A stretch of DNA of 64,000 nucleotides from an uncultured delta proteobacterium (GCA_963743305.1 CAVUPH010000033.1:32001-96000), one strand, 5' to 3'. Counted from the first letter of the stretch, positions 1 to 12,023 are shown. Numbers and translations are program-made. The notes: generated by a model not told the origin, from the letters alone.

Positions 1-122
1 TCTTTAAGGGGAAAATGTTGGATTATCAGGTGTCCGGCACTCTTTCGCTGGCTGATGAGAAAAAAGTCTGGGAGATCCCGGTTTCCCTCATTGCTAAAGC
101 CCGTTTGGTGTTTGAGGGCTGA
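1..122 (+). CDS. rimP: Ribosome maturation factor RimP, 3' partial
   Basis: Frame from base 3 reads FKGKMLDY...WEIPVSLIAKARLVFEG*, a RimP-like C-terminus, directly upstream of nusA. Confidence 0.85.
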   Translation, partial: FKGKMLDYQVSGTLSLADEKKVWEIPVSLIAKARLVFEG

Positions 123-141
123 TTTATAAGGAGAAAAAACT

Positions 142-1575
142 ATGGGCCTGATTCAACGAAAAGAAAAGGATTTGACCGGCGGGATTTCTCTGGATCTTAA
201 ACGCGTCATTGACCAGGTCAGTCGTGATCGGGGCATAGATAAACAGATACTCATTTCCACCTTGGTCGAAGCGATTCGCCAGGCCGCCAAAAAAAAATTA
301 GGGCTTAAACAGGAAATCGAAGTCACTTACAACGAAGAATTGGGCGAGGTCGAAGTCTTTGAATTTAAAGAGGTGGTGGAAAAAGTCAAAGACCCCCAGA
401 CGCAGATTACCATGGAAGAGGGCCGCAATCTGGACCCGGAGTGCGAACTGGGAGACAGCTTGGGCATTAAGATGGAGACCAGTTCATTCGGACGGATTGC
501 CGCCCAGTCGGCCAAACAGGTTATCATCCAGCGGATGAAAGACGCTGAACGGGATATTATTTTTGAAGATTTTAGAGACCGCCGGGGAGAAGTGATAAAC
601 GGCATCATCCAGCGCTTCGACAAAGGAGCGGCGATTATCAACCTGGGGCGAACCGAAGCCATACTCCCGGTGACCGAACAAATTCCCACGGAGACTTATA
701 AACAGGGGGATCGCTTAAGGGCCTATGTGCTGGAAATAAAAAAGATCAGTAAGGGTCCGCAAATCATCCTCTCCCGCACCCATCCCCAATTTGTGGCGGC
801 TTTGTTTGAAATGGAAGTCCCGGAAGTATCGGAGAAGATCGTTCGGATTATCAATGTGGTCCGGGAACCGGGCGGCCGGACCAAGATTGCCGTGGCTTCG
901 GATGATAGACAGGTGGATCCGGTGGGGGCCTGTGTGGGCATGAAAGGCAATCGGGTTCAAAACGTCGTTCAGGAATTGCGGGGTGAAAAGATCGATATTA
1001 TCCCCTGGAACCCGGACCAGGCCAAATATATCTGCAGTGCTTTGGCCCCGGCCGAAGTCGTCCGGGTGATCATCGACGAAATAAGCCGTTCCATGGAAGT
1101 GGTCGTGCCCGATGACCAATTGTCCCTGGCCATCGGCAAACGAGGGCAGAATGTTCGCCTGGCCTCCCGTTTAACCGGATGGAAAATCGATGTTAAAAGC
1201 GAATCCAAGTACGACAAGTCCATTAAGGATGGATACCAGTCCCTGCTGCAGATTGCCGGTGTGGGAGAAGTGACGGCCGATGTCCTTTACAAAAAAGGCT
1301 TCCAATCCGCTCAAGAGGTGGCCGAAGCCTCGATAGAGGAACTCATCGAGGTCCCCGGCTTGAGCCAGAAAAAAGCCGAAAAGCTTTTGGAGTCGGCCGC
1401 CTCCTACGTCCAGCTCGAGCGTCAAAAAGACGCCCTGGATAAACAAAATCAAGCCCTGGAAGAGGAACAACGGGTCGCTACCGAAGCGGCGGCTACCGAC
1501 TTGGCTCAAGAGCCGCTCGAAGTGCCCGAAGTGCCGGAAGAGCCGAAGGCCGATGAACCGGAGGAACAGCAATAA
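142..1575 (+). CDS. nusA: Transcription termination/antitermination factor NusA
   Basis: FGRIAAQSAKQVI, S1 and KH domains (DPVGACVGMKG, SLAIGKRGQNVRLA), C-terminal HhH repeats. Confidence 0.98.
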   Translation: MGLIQRKEKDLTGGISLDLKRVIDQVSRDRGIDKQILISTLVEAIRQAAKKKLGLKQEIEVTYNEELGEVEVFEFKEVVEKVKDPQTQITMEEGRNLDPECELGDSLGIKMETSSFGRIAAQSAKQVIIQRMKDAERDIIFEDFRDRRGEVINGIIQRFDKGAAIINLGRTEAILPVTEQIPTETYKQGDRLRAYVLEIKKISKGPQIILSRTHPQFVAALFEMEVPEVSEKIVRIINVVREPGGRTKIAVASDDRQVDPVGACVGMKGNRVQNVVQELRGEKIDIIPWNPDQAKYICSALAPAEVVRVIIDEISRSMEVVVPDDQLSLAIGKRGQNVRLASRLTGWKIDVKSESKYDKSIKDGYQSLLQIAGVGEVTADVLYKKGFQSAQEVAEASIEELIEVPGLSQKKAEKLLESAASYVQLERQKDALDKQNQALEEEQRVATEAAATDLAQEPLEVPEVPEEPKADEPEEQQ

Positions 1576-1869
1576 ATGGCGGCGGCTATTCGGGAAAGAA
1601 CCTGCCGGGCCTGTCGACAAAAAAGGGAAAAAAGCGCCTTCCTTCGTTTGGTGATCCATAAGGATTCTGTGCTGGAAGCGGATCCTGAACAGGTCCTGCC
1701 GGGCAGAGGCTGGTATCTTTGCCTCCAAAAAAATTGTTTATCGATTTTCGACAACCCCAAACAATGTCGCCGAGCCTTCGGTCCCTTTAGGCAGGTAGGT
1801 CCGATTCTCTGCGAATATATTAAGAATCCGCTGGTAGGGGGTACCCATGACCAAAATGCGCGTATATGA
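1576..1869 (+). CDS. ylxR: YlxR/DUF448 family RNA-binding protein
   Basis: RTCRAC...GRGWYLC motif, located between nusA and infB. Confidence 0.85.
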   Translation: MAAAIRERTCRACRQKREKSAFLRLVIHKDSVLEADPEQVLPGRGWYLCLQKNCLSIFDNPKQCRRAFGPFRQVGPILCEYIKNPLVGGTHDQNARI

Positions 1870-4408
1870 GTTAGCTAAAGAATTGGAGATGGAAAATAAG
1901 GTCCTGGTGGACGCCATACGGGAGATGAGTATCGAGGTTAAAAGCCATTCTTCATCGCTCTCCGACGAGGAAGTGGCGTTAATTAAGGGCCATCTTAGCG
2001 GGACCAAATCTTTGGTAGTGGAGGAACAACGGATCAAATCCACAGTCATTCGCCGCAGAAGGAAGGTCGTGGAGGTGGTACCGGAGCCGGAGGTAGAAAT
2101 TCCAGCTATCGAACCCCCTCCCCAGCCGGAGCTGGAAGCACCTCCGGCGCCAGAGCCACCCCCTCCCAGCAAACCGTCGCTGGAAACACCAGAGGAACGG
2201 GAAATGGCGGGTGCCCCATCCGCACCCCCGGAAAAACCACCCTTGAAAGAAGAGTTGGATCGACCGGCTAAACCGGCTCCGGAGGTTCTCCCTAAACCGG
2301 TCAGGCCACCCAAGCCACCTAAAATGACTCCGGCCAAAGTGATTCGGGCGGCTGAGCCGGTCGCCCCCCCAGTTCCAGCTCCAGCTCCGGCGCCGGCTAA
2401 GAGGATTGAAGAAAAGAAGGAGGAAGAGACTCCCAAAAAGGAAAAAGTTCCCATTAAAAAGGGCTTAAAAACCACTCGGGTGTCGCCGGAAACGGAAACG
2501 GCGAAGTCCAAGGTATTCAAAAAACGAAAAGAAATCCTGGAACGCGCGGCGCTCTACGATGATTCCGCCCGGGAAGGTCGTCCCGGAAAGGGGATGAGAA
2601 GCGGTAAATCGGCAGCCAAAAAGTATAAAAAAACCGAAATCACCACGCCGAAGGCCAGCAAACGCCGTCTCAAAATTTCCGAGGCTATCACGGTAGCCGA
2701 ATTGGCCAAGCGGTTGGGCGTGAAAAGCGGCGAGTTAATGAAAAAACTCATCGCCTTGGGTCTGATGGTGACCTTGAATCAAGCCATTGATTATGAGGCC
2801 GCCGCCTTGGTGGCCGCCGAATTCGGGTACGAAGCCGAAAAGGTTTCTTTTGAAGAGGAGCAAGCTGTCCGCTTACATACCGATCAACCGGAAGAACTAA
2901 AGCCACGACCTCCGGTGGTCACCATTATGGGTCATGTGGATCACGGGAAAACCTCTCTTTTGGACTTGATTCGAAAAACCAATATCACCCAGGGGGAAGT
3001 CGGCGGCATCACCCAGCATATCGGAGCGTATCACGTCAAGCTGGATCGAGGGGAGATCGTTTTTTTGGATACCCCGGGCCATGAGGCCTTTACCGCTATG
3101 CGGGCCCGGGGGGCCCAGATTACCGATATCGTGGTGTTAATCGTGGCGGCCGACGACGGGGTCATGCAGCAGACCAAAGAGGCCATCGATCATGCCCGCG
3201 CGGCGGGAGTGCCGATTATTGTAGCCATCAACAAGATCGATAAGCCCAACGCTAACACAGAACGGGTCAAAAGGCAGTTGGCCGAATACGGACTGGCGCC
3301 GGAAGACTGGGGAGGGGAAACAATTGTGGCCGAAGTCTCGGCCAAAAGCGGCCAGGGGGTGGACCATCTTCTGGAAATGATCCTGCTGCAGGCCGAAGTC
3401 TTGGAATTAAAAGCCAATCCCAAAAAACCGGCCCAGGGGCGAGTGGTGGAAGCCCGGTTGGATAAAGGGCGGGGGCCGGTGGCTACGGTCCTCATTCAGG
3501 GAGGGACCCTCAAGGCCGGAGATCCGTTTATCTGCGGCATTCATTTTGGGAAAGTACGGGCCCTCTACAACGATTGGGGGCAAAAAGTGGATCAAGCTCT
3601 CCCCTCCAGCCCGGTGGAGGTCCACGGTTTCAGTGGGGTGCCCAATGCCGGAGAGGAGTTTCAGGTCAGTGAAGACGAGCGGATGGCCAAGCAGGTCAGC
3701 CTGTACCGGGTGCAGAAAAAAAGGGAGGCCGAACTCTCCAAGACCAGTAAGCTCACCCTGGAAAAATTGTACGAACAAATACAAGAAGGCCAGGTCAAAG
3801 AGCTGACGCTGATTCTGAAGGCCGACGTCCAGGGATCCCTCGAAGCCATCAGTGAGGCCCTGAACAAATTAAGCACTGCGGCGGTAAAGGTCGTTACCCT
3901 TCACAGTTCCACCGGAGCCATCACCGAGACCGATATCATGCTGGCCTCGGCTTCCAAAGCCATCATCATCGGTTTCAACGTTCGCCCCAATCCCAAGGCC
4001 CAGGAATTGGCGGAACAGGAACAGGTGGACGTCCGTTTTTACGATATTATTTATAATTTGGTTTCGGAAGTGAAAGACGCTATGACCGGCATGCTGGACC
4101 CCATCCATAAAGTGGTGGTCAACGGTCACGCCGAAGTCCGTGAGTTGTTCCACGTTCCCAAGGTGGGCACCGTGGCCGGGTGCGGCGTCACGGATGGGAA
4201 GATCGACCGCAATGCCAAGGCCCGCCTCCTCCGGGACAACGTGGTGATCTTTGACGGTCGCCTTTCCTCCCTGCGGCGTTTCAAGGACGATGCCCGGGAA
4301 GTCTTGGCCGGTTTTGAATGCGGCCTCAGCCTGGAAGGGTATAACGATATTAAAGTCGGGGATACGATTGAGTCGTACTATCTGGAGGAGGTCAAGGCCA
4401 CGCTGTAA
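1847..4408 (+). CDS. infB: Translation initiation factor IF-2
   Basis: [11 protein letters not shown]-terminus; [13 protein letters not shown] and NKID GTPase motifs. Confidence 0.99.
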   Translation: MTKMRVYELAKELEMENKVLVDAIREMSIEVKSHSSSLSDEEVALIKGHLSGTKSLVVEEQRIKSTVIRRRRKVVEVVPEPEVEIPAIEPPPQPELEAPPAPEPPPPSKPSLETPEEREMAGAPSAPPEKPPLKEELDRPAKPAPEVLPKPVRPPKPPKMTPAKVIRAAEPVAPPVPAPAPAPAKRIEEKKEEETPKKEKVPIKKGLKTTRVSPETETAKSKVFKKRKEILERAALYDDSAREGRPGKGMRSGKSAAKKYKKTEITTPKASKRRLKISEAITVAELAKRLGVKSGELMKKLIALGLMVTLNQAIDYEAAALVAAEFGYEAEKVSFEEEQAVRLHTDQPEELKPRPPVVTIMGHVDHGKTSLLDLIRKTNITQGEVGGITQHIGAYHVKLDRGEIVFLDTPGHEAFTAMRARGAQITDIVVLIVAADDGVMQQTKEAIDHARAAGVPIIVAINKIDKPNANTERVKRQLAEYGLAPEDWGGETIVAEVSAKSGQGVDHLLEMILLQAEVLELKANPKKPAQGRVVEARLDKGRGPVATVLIQGGTLKAGDPFICGIHFGKVRALYNDWGQKVDQALPSSPVEVHGFSGVPNAGEEFQVSEDERMAKQVSLYRVQKKREAELSKTSKLTLEKLYEQIQEGQVKELTLILKADVQGSLEAISEALNKLSTAAVKVVTLHSSTGAITETDIMLASASKAIIIGFNVRPNPKAQELAEQEQVDVRFYDIIYNLVSEVKDAMTGMLDPIHKVVVNGHAEVRELFHVPKVGTVAGCGVTDGKIDRNAKARLLRDNVVIFDGRLSSLRRFKDDAREVLAGFECGLSLEGYNDIKVGDTIESYYLEEVKATL

Positions 4409-4471
4409 GGGCCCTTTTTTGGATTCAAGGGTCTAAGAACCCGAACGTTGCTTTTCAGAGACTGGAAAACG

Positions 4472-4759
4472 ATGGTTATTGGCGTCCTGGAAATAGTCCT
4501 TTGGCTGCCTGAGTCCCATTCCCTGAAGGCCAAGCGTCAGGTTATCAAGAGTCTCAAGGATAAAGTGAGAAACCGGTTTAATGTCTCCATCGCCGAAGTG
4601 GGCGATCAGGAGTTGTGGCAAAAAGCCCATTTGGGAATCTGCAGTCTCAGTAACAATCGCCGGGAGGTCAATGCCCGTTTAGACCAGGTAGTCAATTTCG
4701 TAGAGCGGCTGCAGGTGGCTGTGGACCTGGAGTTTCGCCTGGAAATGATCGATTATTAA
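4472..4759 (+). CDS. DUF503 (YlxP) family protein
   Basis: HSLKAKRQVIKSLKDKVRNRFNVSIAEV motif; position between infB and rbfA; ATG at 4472 chosen as start. Confidence 0.9.
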   Translation: MVIGVLEIVLWLPESHSLKAKRQVIKSLKDKVRNRFNVSIAEVGDQELWQKAHLGICSLSNNRREVNARLDQVVNFVERLQVAVDLEFRLEMIDY

Positions 4760-4771
4760 ATTAGGACGGAC

Positions 4772-5155
4772 TTGCCAATTAGGATGATAAAAACCAACGT
4801 CGGCAGACCCAAACGAACCGGACAGGTTGGAGGGCTGATCCAGAAAGAAATTTCCGATCTGCTCCTGCGCAAAGTCAAAGACCCTCGCCTGGAGATGGTG
4901 ACTATTACCGGCGTGGAGGTCTCTCCGGACCTGAAGCTGGCCCGAGTTTTTTTCAGCCGCCTGGGAAATCCCGAGGAAATCCAGAATACCTGGCAAGGAT
5001 TGAAAAAGGCCTCGGGTTTCATTAAACGGGAATTGGGCGCTCGATTGCACTTACGGCATGTGCCGGAGGTGGAATTTTTTCACGATACTTCTTTTGAATA
5101 CGGCGACCGGATCGAAGGACTGTTGCGGGGCCTTAAAAAAGATCAGGAAGAATAG
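4772..5155 (+). CDS. rbfA: Ribosome-binding factor A
   Basis: VKDPRL..VTITGVEVSPDLKLARVF, LRHVPEVEF; start may be ATG 4784. Confidence 0.96.
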   Translation: MPIRMIKTNVGRPKRTGQVGGLIQKEISDLLLRKVKDPRLEMVTITGVEVSPDLKLARVFFSRLGNPEEIQNTWQGLKKASGFIKRELGARLHLRHVPEVEFFHDTSFEYGDRIEGLLRGLKKDQEE

Positions 5156-5164
5156 CCCTAGACC

Positions 5165-6118
5165 ATGCTGAAAAAAGAACCCCCAGCGGATCTCCATTCT
5201 CCTAGACCCTCCCCCTGGGAAGGTGTTTGGGTAATAGACAAACCGCCGGGACGCACTTCCCATCAGGTTTTGCAGAAATTCCGGGCACTTTCCCGGCACC
5301 GCAAAATGGGGCATATCGGCACCCTGGACCCTTTAGCCACCGGGGTATTGCCAGTCTGCGTGGGGTGGGCTACCAAGCTGATCCCCTTTATTTCCGTATC
5401 CCCCAAGGTTTACCGGGCCCAGATGGTCCTGGGCCGGTCTACGGACACGCAGGACGTTTCGGGGCAGGTCCTCCAAGTGTCCCTTGAACCGCTCCCCCGG
5501 CCCGAGGCTATTGTGAAAGCCTGCCAATCCTTTGTCGGGACCCAACGGCAGATCCCCCCGGTATATTCGGCCCTTAAATTTCAAGGCCAACCCCTTTACC
5601 GCTGGGCCCGGAAAGGAAAACCGATAGTCAAACCATCCCGGGAGATTACCGTTGAATCGATCCGGATTTTGGAAATCGAGGGGGGGGTAGTTGATTTCGA
5701 AGTGACCTGTTCCTCGGGCACCTATATTCGAACCCTGTGCGCGGATATAGGCACACTGCTCGGTTGCGGGGCTTATTTAAATACGCTGCAGCGAACCCGA
5801 AGCGGACCCTTTACCCTGGAACAAGCCGTCCCCTGGAAAATTCTGGAGCAAGCGGCCTTTCAAGGGGGGCAGGAAGCCTGGAGGCTGCCCTTGGATTTTA
5901 TCCTGGGGCAATACCCCCAAGTTAAGGTTGAGGAAGCCTGGAAACAAAAAATAAGGCAGGGTTGTTGGATCGAACCCGAGGAGGCCCTTTCCGAGTGGCC
6001 GGCAGTTCAACCCGGTGAACCCGTTTGTGTGATCAGTCCGGAAAACCATTTACTGGCGATTTATCACCTCCCCGGGGATTTGAAAAGAGAACTCAAACCC
6101 CTGCGGGTTTTGATTTAA
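5165..6118 (+). CDS. truB: tRNA pseudouridine(55) synthase
   Basis: DKPPGRTS, GHIGTLDPLATGVL, CSSGTYIRTL motifs. Confidence 0.97.
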   Translation: MLKKEPPADLHSPRPSPWEGVWVIDKPPGRTSHQVLQKFRALSRHRKMGHIGTLDPLATGVLPVCVGWATKLIPFISVSPKVYRAQMVLGRSTDTQDVSGQVLQVSLEPLPRPEAIVKACQSFVGTQRQIPPVYSALKFQGQPLYRWARKGKPIVKPSREITVESIRILEIEGGVVDFEVTCSSGTYIRTLCADIGTLLGCGAYLNTLQRTRSGPFTLEQAVPWKILEQAAFQGGQEAWRLPLDFILGQYPQVKVEEAWKQKIRQGCWIEPEEALSEWPAVQPGEPVCVISPENHLLAIYHLPGDLKRELKPLRVLI

Positions 6119-6147
6119 TTTATTAACTTAAACGAAGGAGGTCTAAA

Positions 6148-6417
6148 GTGGGATTAACCTTAGATCAGAAGAAAGAAGTTTTAGGTAAGTTTAGTGTCCA
6201 TCCAACCGACACGGGATCCCCTGAAGTCCAGATTGCCCTGTTGAGCGAGCGAATTAAATACCTGACGGAACATTTCAAGACCCATGCCAAGGACCATCAT
6301 TCCCGACGGGGACTGCTGAAGTTGGTCGGTCAGCGAAAGCGATTACTGGGTTACCTCAAGAAAAAGGATGCTCAGCGGTATCGTAACCTTATTCAGGAAC
6401 TGGGGATTCGTAAATAA
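6148..6417 (+). CDS. rpsO: 30S ribosomal protein S15
   Basis: [22 protein letters not shown]; GGAGG RBS before GTG. Confidence 0.99.
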   Translation: MGLTLDQKKEVLGKFSVHPTDTGSPEVQIALLSERIKYLTEHFKTHAKDHHSRRGLLKLVGQRKRLLGYLKKKDAQRYRNLIQELGIRK

Positions 6418-6453
6418 ATCCCCTGGGTTCCCAATTAAAAGGAGTATGTTTGA

Positions 6454-8550
6454 ATGCCTCATCAATTAACGACTGAAGTCAATGGCAAAACTTTAAGTAT
6501 AGAAACCGGTCGCGTGGCCAAGCAGGCCACCGGAGCGGTATGGGTCCAATACGGCGAAACGATCGTCCTGGTCACCGTGGTCTCCACCCAGGACGTCCGG
6601 GAGGGGATCGATTTTCTTCCTCTCACCGTGGATTACAAGGAGATGGCCTATGCGGCCGGACGGATTCCGGGAAGCTTTTTCCGAAGAGAAATCGGCCGTC
6701 CCGGTGAAAAAGAAACCCTCACCTCCCGTTTGATCGACCGTCCTTTGAGACCCCTGTTTCCCAAGGATTATTTTTATGAAACCCAGGTGATTGCCACGGT
6801 CCTTTCGGTGGATCAGGAAAACGATCCCGATATTTTGGCAATCATCGGGGCTTCCGCGGCTCTGGAGATTTCGGATATTCCCTTTCAGGGGCCGATTGCC
6901 GGGATTCGCGTCGGCCGCATCGAGGGGGAGTTGGTGCTCAATCCTACCAGTTCTCAACTGAAGGACAGTGATTTTAATATCATCGTGGCCGGCACCCAGG
7001 AGGCGGTGGTCATGGTGGAAGGCTGGGCGCGGATGACCAGCGAAGAGGACTTGGTCCGGGCTATTTTTTACGGCCATCAGGGGATGCAAGGCATCCTGGA
7101 AATGCAAAAAAAACTAGCTCAACTAGTCGGCCCCAAGAAAAGAACCTGGACGGGCACACCGGTCAATGAAGAATTGACGGCCCGGATGACCGCTGCCGCG
7201 GCACCCGCAGTGGCCGAGGCCTTGACCCTGTCCGGGAAAATGGAACGCCACGAGCGGATGCGGGAAATCCTGCTTGACCTCCAACAACAATTTGGCGAAG
7301 ATCCGACCCACCGTCCTCTCATCAGGAAGATATTTGAAAACCTGGAACGGGACACGGTTCGACGGATGATCGTCAAGGAGAAAAAAAGAATTGACGGTCG
7401 AAAATTTAACGAGGTCCGCCCCATTTCTTGTGAGGTCGGGGTTCTTCCCCGGACCCATGGATCGGCCCTGTTTACCCGGGGGGAAACGCAGGTCCTGGCC
7501 GTGGCCACCCTGGGGACTTCCTCCGATGAGCAGCGGATAGATTCCTTGATCGGAGAGACCTTCAAGTCCTTCATGCTTCATTACAATTTTCCACCCTTTT
7601 CCGTGGGCGAGGCCCGAATGCTCCGGGGACCGGGACGAAGGGAAATCGGGCATGGGGCCCTGGCGGAACGCTCCCTGCTTCAGGTGCTGCCCAGCAATGA
7701 CACCTTTCCTTACACGATCCGGATCGTTTCCGAGGTGCTGGAATCGAACGGTTCTTCCTCCATGGCCACGGTCTGTGGCGGCAGCCTGTCCCTGATGGAC
7801 GCCGGGGTGCCCATCACGGCCCAGGTAGCCGGTATCGCCATGGGCTTGATTATGGAAGAGGAGGAGGTAATCATTCTAACGGATATTCTGGGGGATGAAG
7901 ACCATTCGGGCGATATGGATTTTAAAGTAACCGGCACCGTGGAGGGCGTCACCGGTTTACAAATGGATATTAAAGTCCAAGGGGTCAACCAGGATATTAT
8001 GGGACGGGCGCTAGAACAGGCCCGGGAGGCCCGGCTGTCTATTCTGGCCCTGATGGAAAAGACCATCGCCCAACCACGAACCAGCTTGTCCGACTATGCG
8101 CCCAAAATAACCACCATTGATATCAATCCCGAAAAGATCCGGGAAGTGATCGGGCCGGGGGGAAAGGTTATCCGGGCCATTGTCAGTGAGACCGGGGCTA
8201 AAATCGAGGTGGAAGATTCAGGGAGAGTTATTATCGCCTCTCCGGACGGGAAAAGTTCGGAGAGGGCCATTGCCATGATCATGGAAATCGTCCAGGAAGT
8301 GGAAATCGGGCGTTTGTATATGGGAAAGGTGAAAAAAATAATGGACTTCGGGGCCTTCGTCGAAGTCCTGCCCGGGACTGAGGGGCTGATTCACATCTCT
8401 CAACTGGATAACCATCGGGTCAACAAGGTGACCGATGTCCTTCAGGAAGGGGACGAAGTGCTGGTCAAGGTGCTGGAGATGGATAAGCAGGGAAAAATCC
8501 GATTAAGCCGGAAGGCCGCTTTGGGGCAATCCCTGCCGGAGAAATCCTAA
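6454..8550 (+). CDS. pnp: Polyribonucleotide nucleotidyltransferase
   Basis: [39 protein letters not shown] and S1 domains. Confidence 0.99.
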   Translation: MPHQLTTEVNGKTLSIETGRVAKQATGAVWVQYGETIVLVTVVSTQDVREGIDFLPLTVDYKEMAYAAGRIPGSFFRREIGRPGEKETLTSRLIDRPLRPLFPKDYFYETQVIATVLSVDQENDPDILAIIGASAALEISDIPFQGPIAGIRVGRIEGELVLNPTSSQLKDSDFNIIVAGTQEAVVMVEGWARMTSEEDLVRAIFYGHQGMQGILEMQKKLAQLVGPKKRTWTGTPVNEELTARMTAAAAPAVAEALTLSGKMERHERMREILLDLQQQFGEDPTHRPLIRKIFENLERDTVRRMIVKEKKRIDGRKFNEVRPISCEVGVLPRTHGSALFTRGETQVLAVATLGTSSDEQRIDSLIGETFKSFMLHYNFPPFSVGEARMLRGPGRREIGHGALAERSLLQVLPSNDTFPYTIRIVSEVLESNGSSSMATVCGGSLSLMDAGVPITAQVAGIAMGLIMEEEEVIILTDILGDEDHSGDMDFKVTGTVEGVTGLQMDIKVQGVNQDIMGRALEQAREARLSILALMEKTIAQPRTSLSDYAPKITTIDINPEKIREVIGPGGKVIRAIVSETGAKIEVEDSGRVIIASPDGKSSERAIAMIMEIVQEVEIGRLYMGKVKKIMDFGAFVEVLPGTEGLIHISQLDNHRVNKVTDVLQEGDEVLVKVLEMDKQGKIRLSRKAALGQSLPEKS

Positions 8551-8554
8551 GTCC

Positions 8555-9814
8555 ATGGTTCAGAAGACGGTTTTGCCCAACGGGCTCAGGATTATTACCG
8601 AAAAACTCCCTCATCTCGTTTCCGTTTCCATGGGGATCTGGGTGGATAACGGGTCACGGGATGAATCCCCGGGGCTGAACGGGATTTCCCACTTTATCGA
8701 ACATATGATCTTTAAGGGGACCCGGAACCGCAGCGCACAACAGATTGCCAAGGAATTGGATGCTATCGGAGGACTTTCCAACGCCTTCACCTCCAAGGAA
8801 CATACCTGCTTTCATGCCAAGGTCTTAGGCCACCACCTGCCGCAAGTCAGCGAGCTCCTGCTGGATATCTTCCTGCAATCGGTCTTTGAGCCGGAAGAGG
8901 TGGAACGGGAGCGGATGGTGGTCCTCCAGGAAATCAGCATGGTGGAGGATACCCCGGACGAATTGGCTCATGTCCTTTACGGGGAAACGGTTTATGAGGG
9001 AAACCCCCTGGGCCGGAACATCCTGGGGACCCCGGAAACGGTGCAGGCCTTTACTCAGGAAAATCTTCTACACTATCTTCAGCGGGCTTATGGGCCGGAG
9101 AAAGTGGTGGTGTCTGCCGCGGGGCAGTTGGACCACGAGGACTTCGTGAAGTTGCTGGCTCCGGAGCTTCTGAAACTTCCGCCCGTGGGGAAAAACCCTG
9201 ACCGTCAGAAACCCCTGCTGGCCTCCAAGTTTCGGGTGGTTCCCCGCGATTTGGAGCAGGTCCATCTGGCCATGGGGACCTGGGCTCCGGCGGCGGCCGA
9301 TGAACAACGCTATGCCGCCACGTTGCTCAACGTGCTCATCGGGGGAAATATGAGCTCCCGCCTGTTCCAGGAAGTGCGGGAGAAACGGGGGTTGGCCTAC
9401 GCCATTTATTCCTACCTGTCCTCCTTCCAGGACACCGGCATTTGGGGCATCTATACCGCGGTGGCCAAAGAAACTTTGCCGGAGACTTTGGAAGTTATCG
9501 GCCGGGAGTTGATTAAAATAAGAAAGGGGGAGGTGACGTCGGGCGAATTGGCGATGGCCAAAGAGTTTGTCAAAGGCGGCATATTGCTGGGCGCGGAAAA
9601 CAATGACAATCGCATGACCCGCCTAGCCAAGAATGAGTTTGTCTTTGGCCGCCATTTGACCTTCGAAGAAATCATGGAGGGATTAGACGCTGTTGCTTTG
9701 AAAGACTTGGTCAACCTGGCCGAGGAAACCATCCGGGGAGATCTTTTTTCTCTGGTGGCCCTGGGTCCGGTGTCGGAGGGGGAAATTCCCTTTCCCTGGA
9801 TTTCCTGGTCGTGA
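8555..9814 (+). CDS. M16 (pitrilysin) family metallopeptidase
   Basis: [11 protein letters not shown] (HxxEH) zinc motif; [16 protein letters not shown]. Confidence 0.95.
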   Translation: MVQKTVLPNGLRIITEKLPHLVSVSMGIWVDNGSRDESPGLNGISHFIEHMIFKGTRNRSAQQIAKELDAIGGLSNAFTSKEHTCFHAKVLGHHLPQVSELLLDIFLQSVFEPEEVERERMVVLQEISMVEDTPDELAHVLYGETVYEGNPLGRNILGTPETVQAFTQENLLHYLQRAYGPEKVVVSAAGQLDHEDFVKLLAPELLKLPPVGKNPDRQKPLLASKFRVVPRDLEQVHLAMGTWAPAAADEQRYAATLLNVLIGGNMSSRLFQEVREKRGLAYAIYSYLSSFQDTGIWGIYTAVAKETLPETLEVIGRELIKIRKGEVTSGELAMAKEFVKGGILLGAENNDNRMTRLAKNEFVFGRHLTFEEIMEGLDAVALKDLVNLAEETIRGDLFSLVALGPVSEGEIPFPWISWS

Positions 9815-10266
9815 GAGAATTGACTGTTCAGGTGATGCGGGTTTTCCCGGACCGGGACCTGGATTTGCCGCTCCCGGCCTACCTGAGTTCAGGGGCGGCG
9901 GGGATGGACTTGGCCGCTGCTCTGGAGGACGAGCTGGCCCTGGCTCCCGGGGAGATCCGGTTGATTCCCACCGGCCTGGCTCTGGCCATCCCCGAGGGGT
10001 TCGAGGGACAAATCCGGCCCCGGAGCGGATTGGCCTTGAAACACGGGATCACCCTGATCAACAGCCCGGGGACGATCGACTCCGATTATCGCGGAGAAAT
10101 CGGACTGCCGGTGATCAACTTGGGGACCCGTCCCTTTACTATCCGCCGGGGGGAGCGTCTGGCGCAATTGGTCGTTCAACGGGTTTACCGGGCCAATCTT
10201 CAGGAAACCGATCACTTGGAGACGACCGAAAGGGGTCAGGGGGGGTTCGGGCATAGCGGGACCTGA
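9811..10266 (+). CDS. dut: dUTP diphosphatase
   Basis: [27 protein letters not shown] motifs. Confidence 0.98.
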   Translation: MRELTVQVMRVFPDRDLDLPLPAYLSSGAAGMDLAAALEDELALAPGEIRLIPTGLALAIPEGFEGQIRPRSGLALKHGITLINSPGTIDSDYRGEIGLPVINLGTRPFTIRRGERLAQLVVQRVYRANLQETDHLETTERGQGGFGHSGT

Positions 10267-10285
10267 TCGGACTTCTCTTCCCCGA

Positions 10286-10516
10286 CCCTTTTGGGGTGGG
10301 TAGTCACAATTTGGCCAATTATCAATAACCAATAATCAATTCTTAATTAATAATTGACAATTGATTAATAACGATTCGTTTTTTTGAAGGGCCTTATTCT
10401 CATGCTTCGGAGTGCCCCTGAACAGGGAGGGTTAATCTGAAATCGGAGCTTTGTGGCCGCCGTGACCCGGCGGCCATAGCGGATATCGATGGTACCCACC
10501 CCCAAGGGCGAAGCGT
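10286..10516. repeat. Nested palindromic repeat family A, collapsed copy (no core)
   Basis: Outer IR CCCTTTTGGGGTGGGTA (10286-10302) / TACCCACCCCCAAGGG (10493-10508); inner hairpin GTGGCCGCCG-TGACC-CGGCGGCCAT (10453-10477); 3' tail AAGGGCGAAGCGTC shared with the 14.1 kb and 19.2 kb copies. Confidence 0.8.
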
Positions 10517-10547
10517 CTCAAAATATTTTTTGTTACGGGTTTAGGCG

Positions 10548-11504
10548 GTGACGGGTTATTTAGGTATTGATGTGGGTTCCATCAGCACCAATCTGGTGGT
10601 GCTAGGCGACTCCGGAGAAGTGGTGGCCAAGAACTATCTCAGGACCCGGGGGCAGCCTATTCAGGCGGTCCAGCAGGGGCTCAGGGATATTCAAAAAGCC
10701 TTGCCGCCTGGTTTGACCATCGGCCGCGTCGGAACCACCGGCAGCGGCCGTTTTATCACCGGTATCCTGGCCGGGGCGGATGTAATAAAAAATGAAATCA
10801 CCGCCCACGCCTTAGCCGCGATCCATACGGATCCCCAAGTACAAACCGTGCTGGAAATCGGGGGCCAGGATTCGAAGGGAATCATTATCCGCAATGGGAC
10901 GGTGGTGGATTTTGATATGAATACCGTCTGTGCCGCCGGAACCGGATCTTTTTTGGATCAACAGGCCTCCCGCCTGGGGATCCCGATCGAGGAATTCGGC
11001 CCTTTAGCCCTGCAATCCAAAAGACCCACCAAAATCGCCGGCCGGTGCACGGTCTTCGCCGAGTCGGACATGATCCATAAACAACAAATGGGACATACCC
11101 GGGAGGATATTGTGGCCGGCCTTTGTCAGGCCTTGGTCCGCAATTATCTGAATAATCTGTTTAAAGGCAAAGAGATCCGAGAACCCATTCTCTTCCAAGG
11201 CGGGGTGGCCGCCAATCAGGGTATGGCCCGGGCTTTCGAACAGTCCTTGGGTTGCCCCGTCATTGTGCCGCCTCATTATGAAGTCATGGGGGCAATCGGC
11301 ATAGCCCTCCTGGCCAGGGAATCTCGACCAGAACAGGCGGGCACGCGTTTTAAAGGCTTTGATCTGACTCAAGTCCACTACCATTTTAATAGCTTCGAGT
11401 GCACCGGTTGTTCCAATGGTTGTGAGGTCTTCTCGTTTGAGACCGATGAAGATCGGCCCATTTATTGGGGGGACCGTTGTGGCCGCTGGGAAAACATGCC
11501 TTAG
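10548..11504 (+). CDS. 2-hydroxyacyl-CoA dehydratase activator-type ATPase (ASKHA family) with C-terminal Cys-rich module
   Basis: GIDVGSIST, TTGSGR, EIGGQDSK, CAAGTGSFL, CTVFAESD, GGVA; C-terminal CTGCSNGC...GDRC. Confidence 0.9.
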   Translation: MTGYLGIDVGSISTNLVVLGDSGEVVAKNYLRTRGQPIQAVQQGLRDIQKALPPGLTIGRVGTTGSGRFITGILAGADVIKNEITAHALAAIHTDPQVQTVLEIGGQDSKGIIIRNGTVVDFDMNTVCAAGTGSFLDQQASRLGIPIEEFGPLALQSKRPTKIAGRCTVFAESDMIHKQQMGHTREDIVAGLCQALVRNYLNNLFKGKEIREPILFQGGVAANQGMARAFEQSLGCPVIVPPHYEVMGAIGIALLARESRPEQAGTRFKGFDLTQVHYHFNSFECTGCSNGCEVFSFETDEDRPIYWGDRCGRWENMP

Positions 11505-11516
11505 TCGGGGCGTTTA

Positions 11517-11996
11517 ATGGCTATCCAGAAAAAACGAGGAACCATAAACCCGGCGGAACAGGGACGCAGGACCAAAGAGGCTCAACCCTCGGGCAAAAGG
11601 AATGTACCGGATCGATGGCCACCTGATCAAAAGGGGGTCTGCCCGGACCCCGCTCAAGCTCCGAATGATGGAGTGCTACTCGCGGGATTGGAAAAAAAGT
11701 TGAAACGGGCCAACCGGCGTCTGGAATCCTTTCAAACCATCGGGAGACTACAGCGCGCCTTCTTGTCCCTTCAGTCCCATCAAATCCGGGCCCAGTTGCA
11801 TGCCGTCATGGGGTATACCGAATTGGTTTTAAGAAAAACCCAGGGGCAGTTGCCCGCTTCCCAGGCGGAAAATTTGAAGAAATTGTTGCTGAGCGTCGAA
11901 GGCTTAAAAGCCGCCATTGAGGGTTTGGAGGGATTTCCATTGTTGGATCCTAAAAAGTCCCCGACGACAGTAATGAGAAATCCGAATTCGAAATAA
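11517..11996 (+). CDS. HisKA-like dimerisation/phosphoacceptor-only protein (truncated or degenerate histidine kinase)
   Basis: SHQIRAQLHAVMGYTELVL resembles the H-box SHELRTPLNAIIG; no HATPase domain follows. Confidence 0.55.
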   Translation: MAIQKKRGTINPAEQGRRTKEAQPSGKRNVPDRWPPDQKGVCPDPAQAPNDGVLLAGLEKKLKRANRRLESFQTIGRLQRAFLSLQSHQIRAQLHAVMGYTELVLRKTQGQLPASQAENLKKLLLSVEGLKAAIEGLEGFPLLDPKKSPTTVMRNPNSK

Positions 11997-12023
11997 AATT
12001 GGTAAGGAACTAACCTTCGGGAG

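Noticed and set aside
2080-2460. Pro/Glu/Lys-rich low-complexity stretch in infB
   Set aside because: It is the normal variable N-terminal linker of IF-2.
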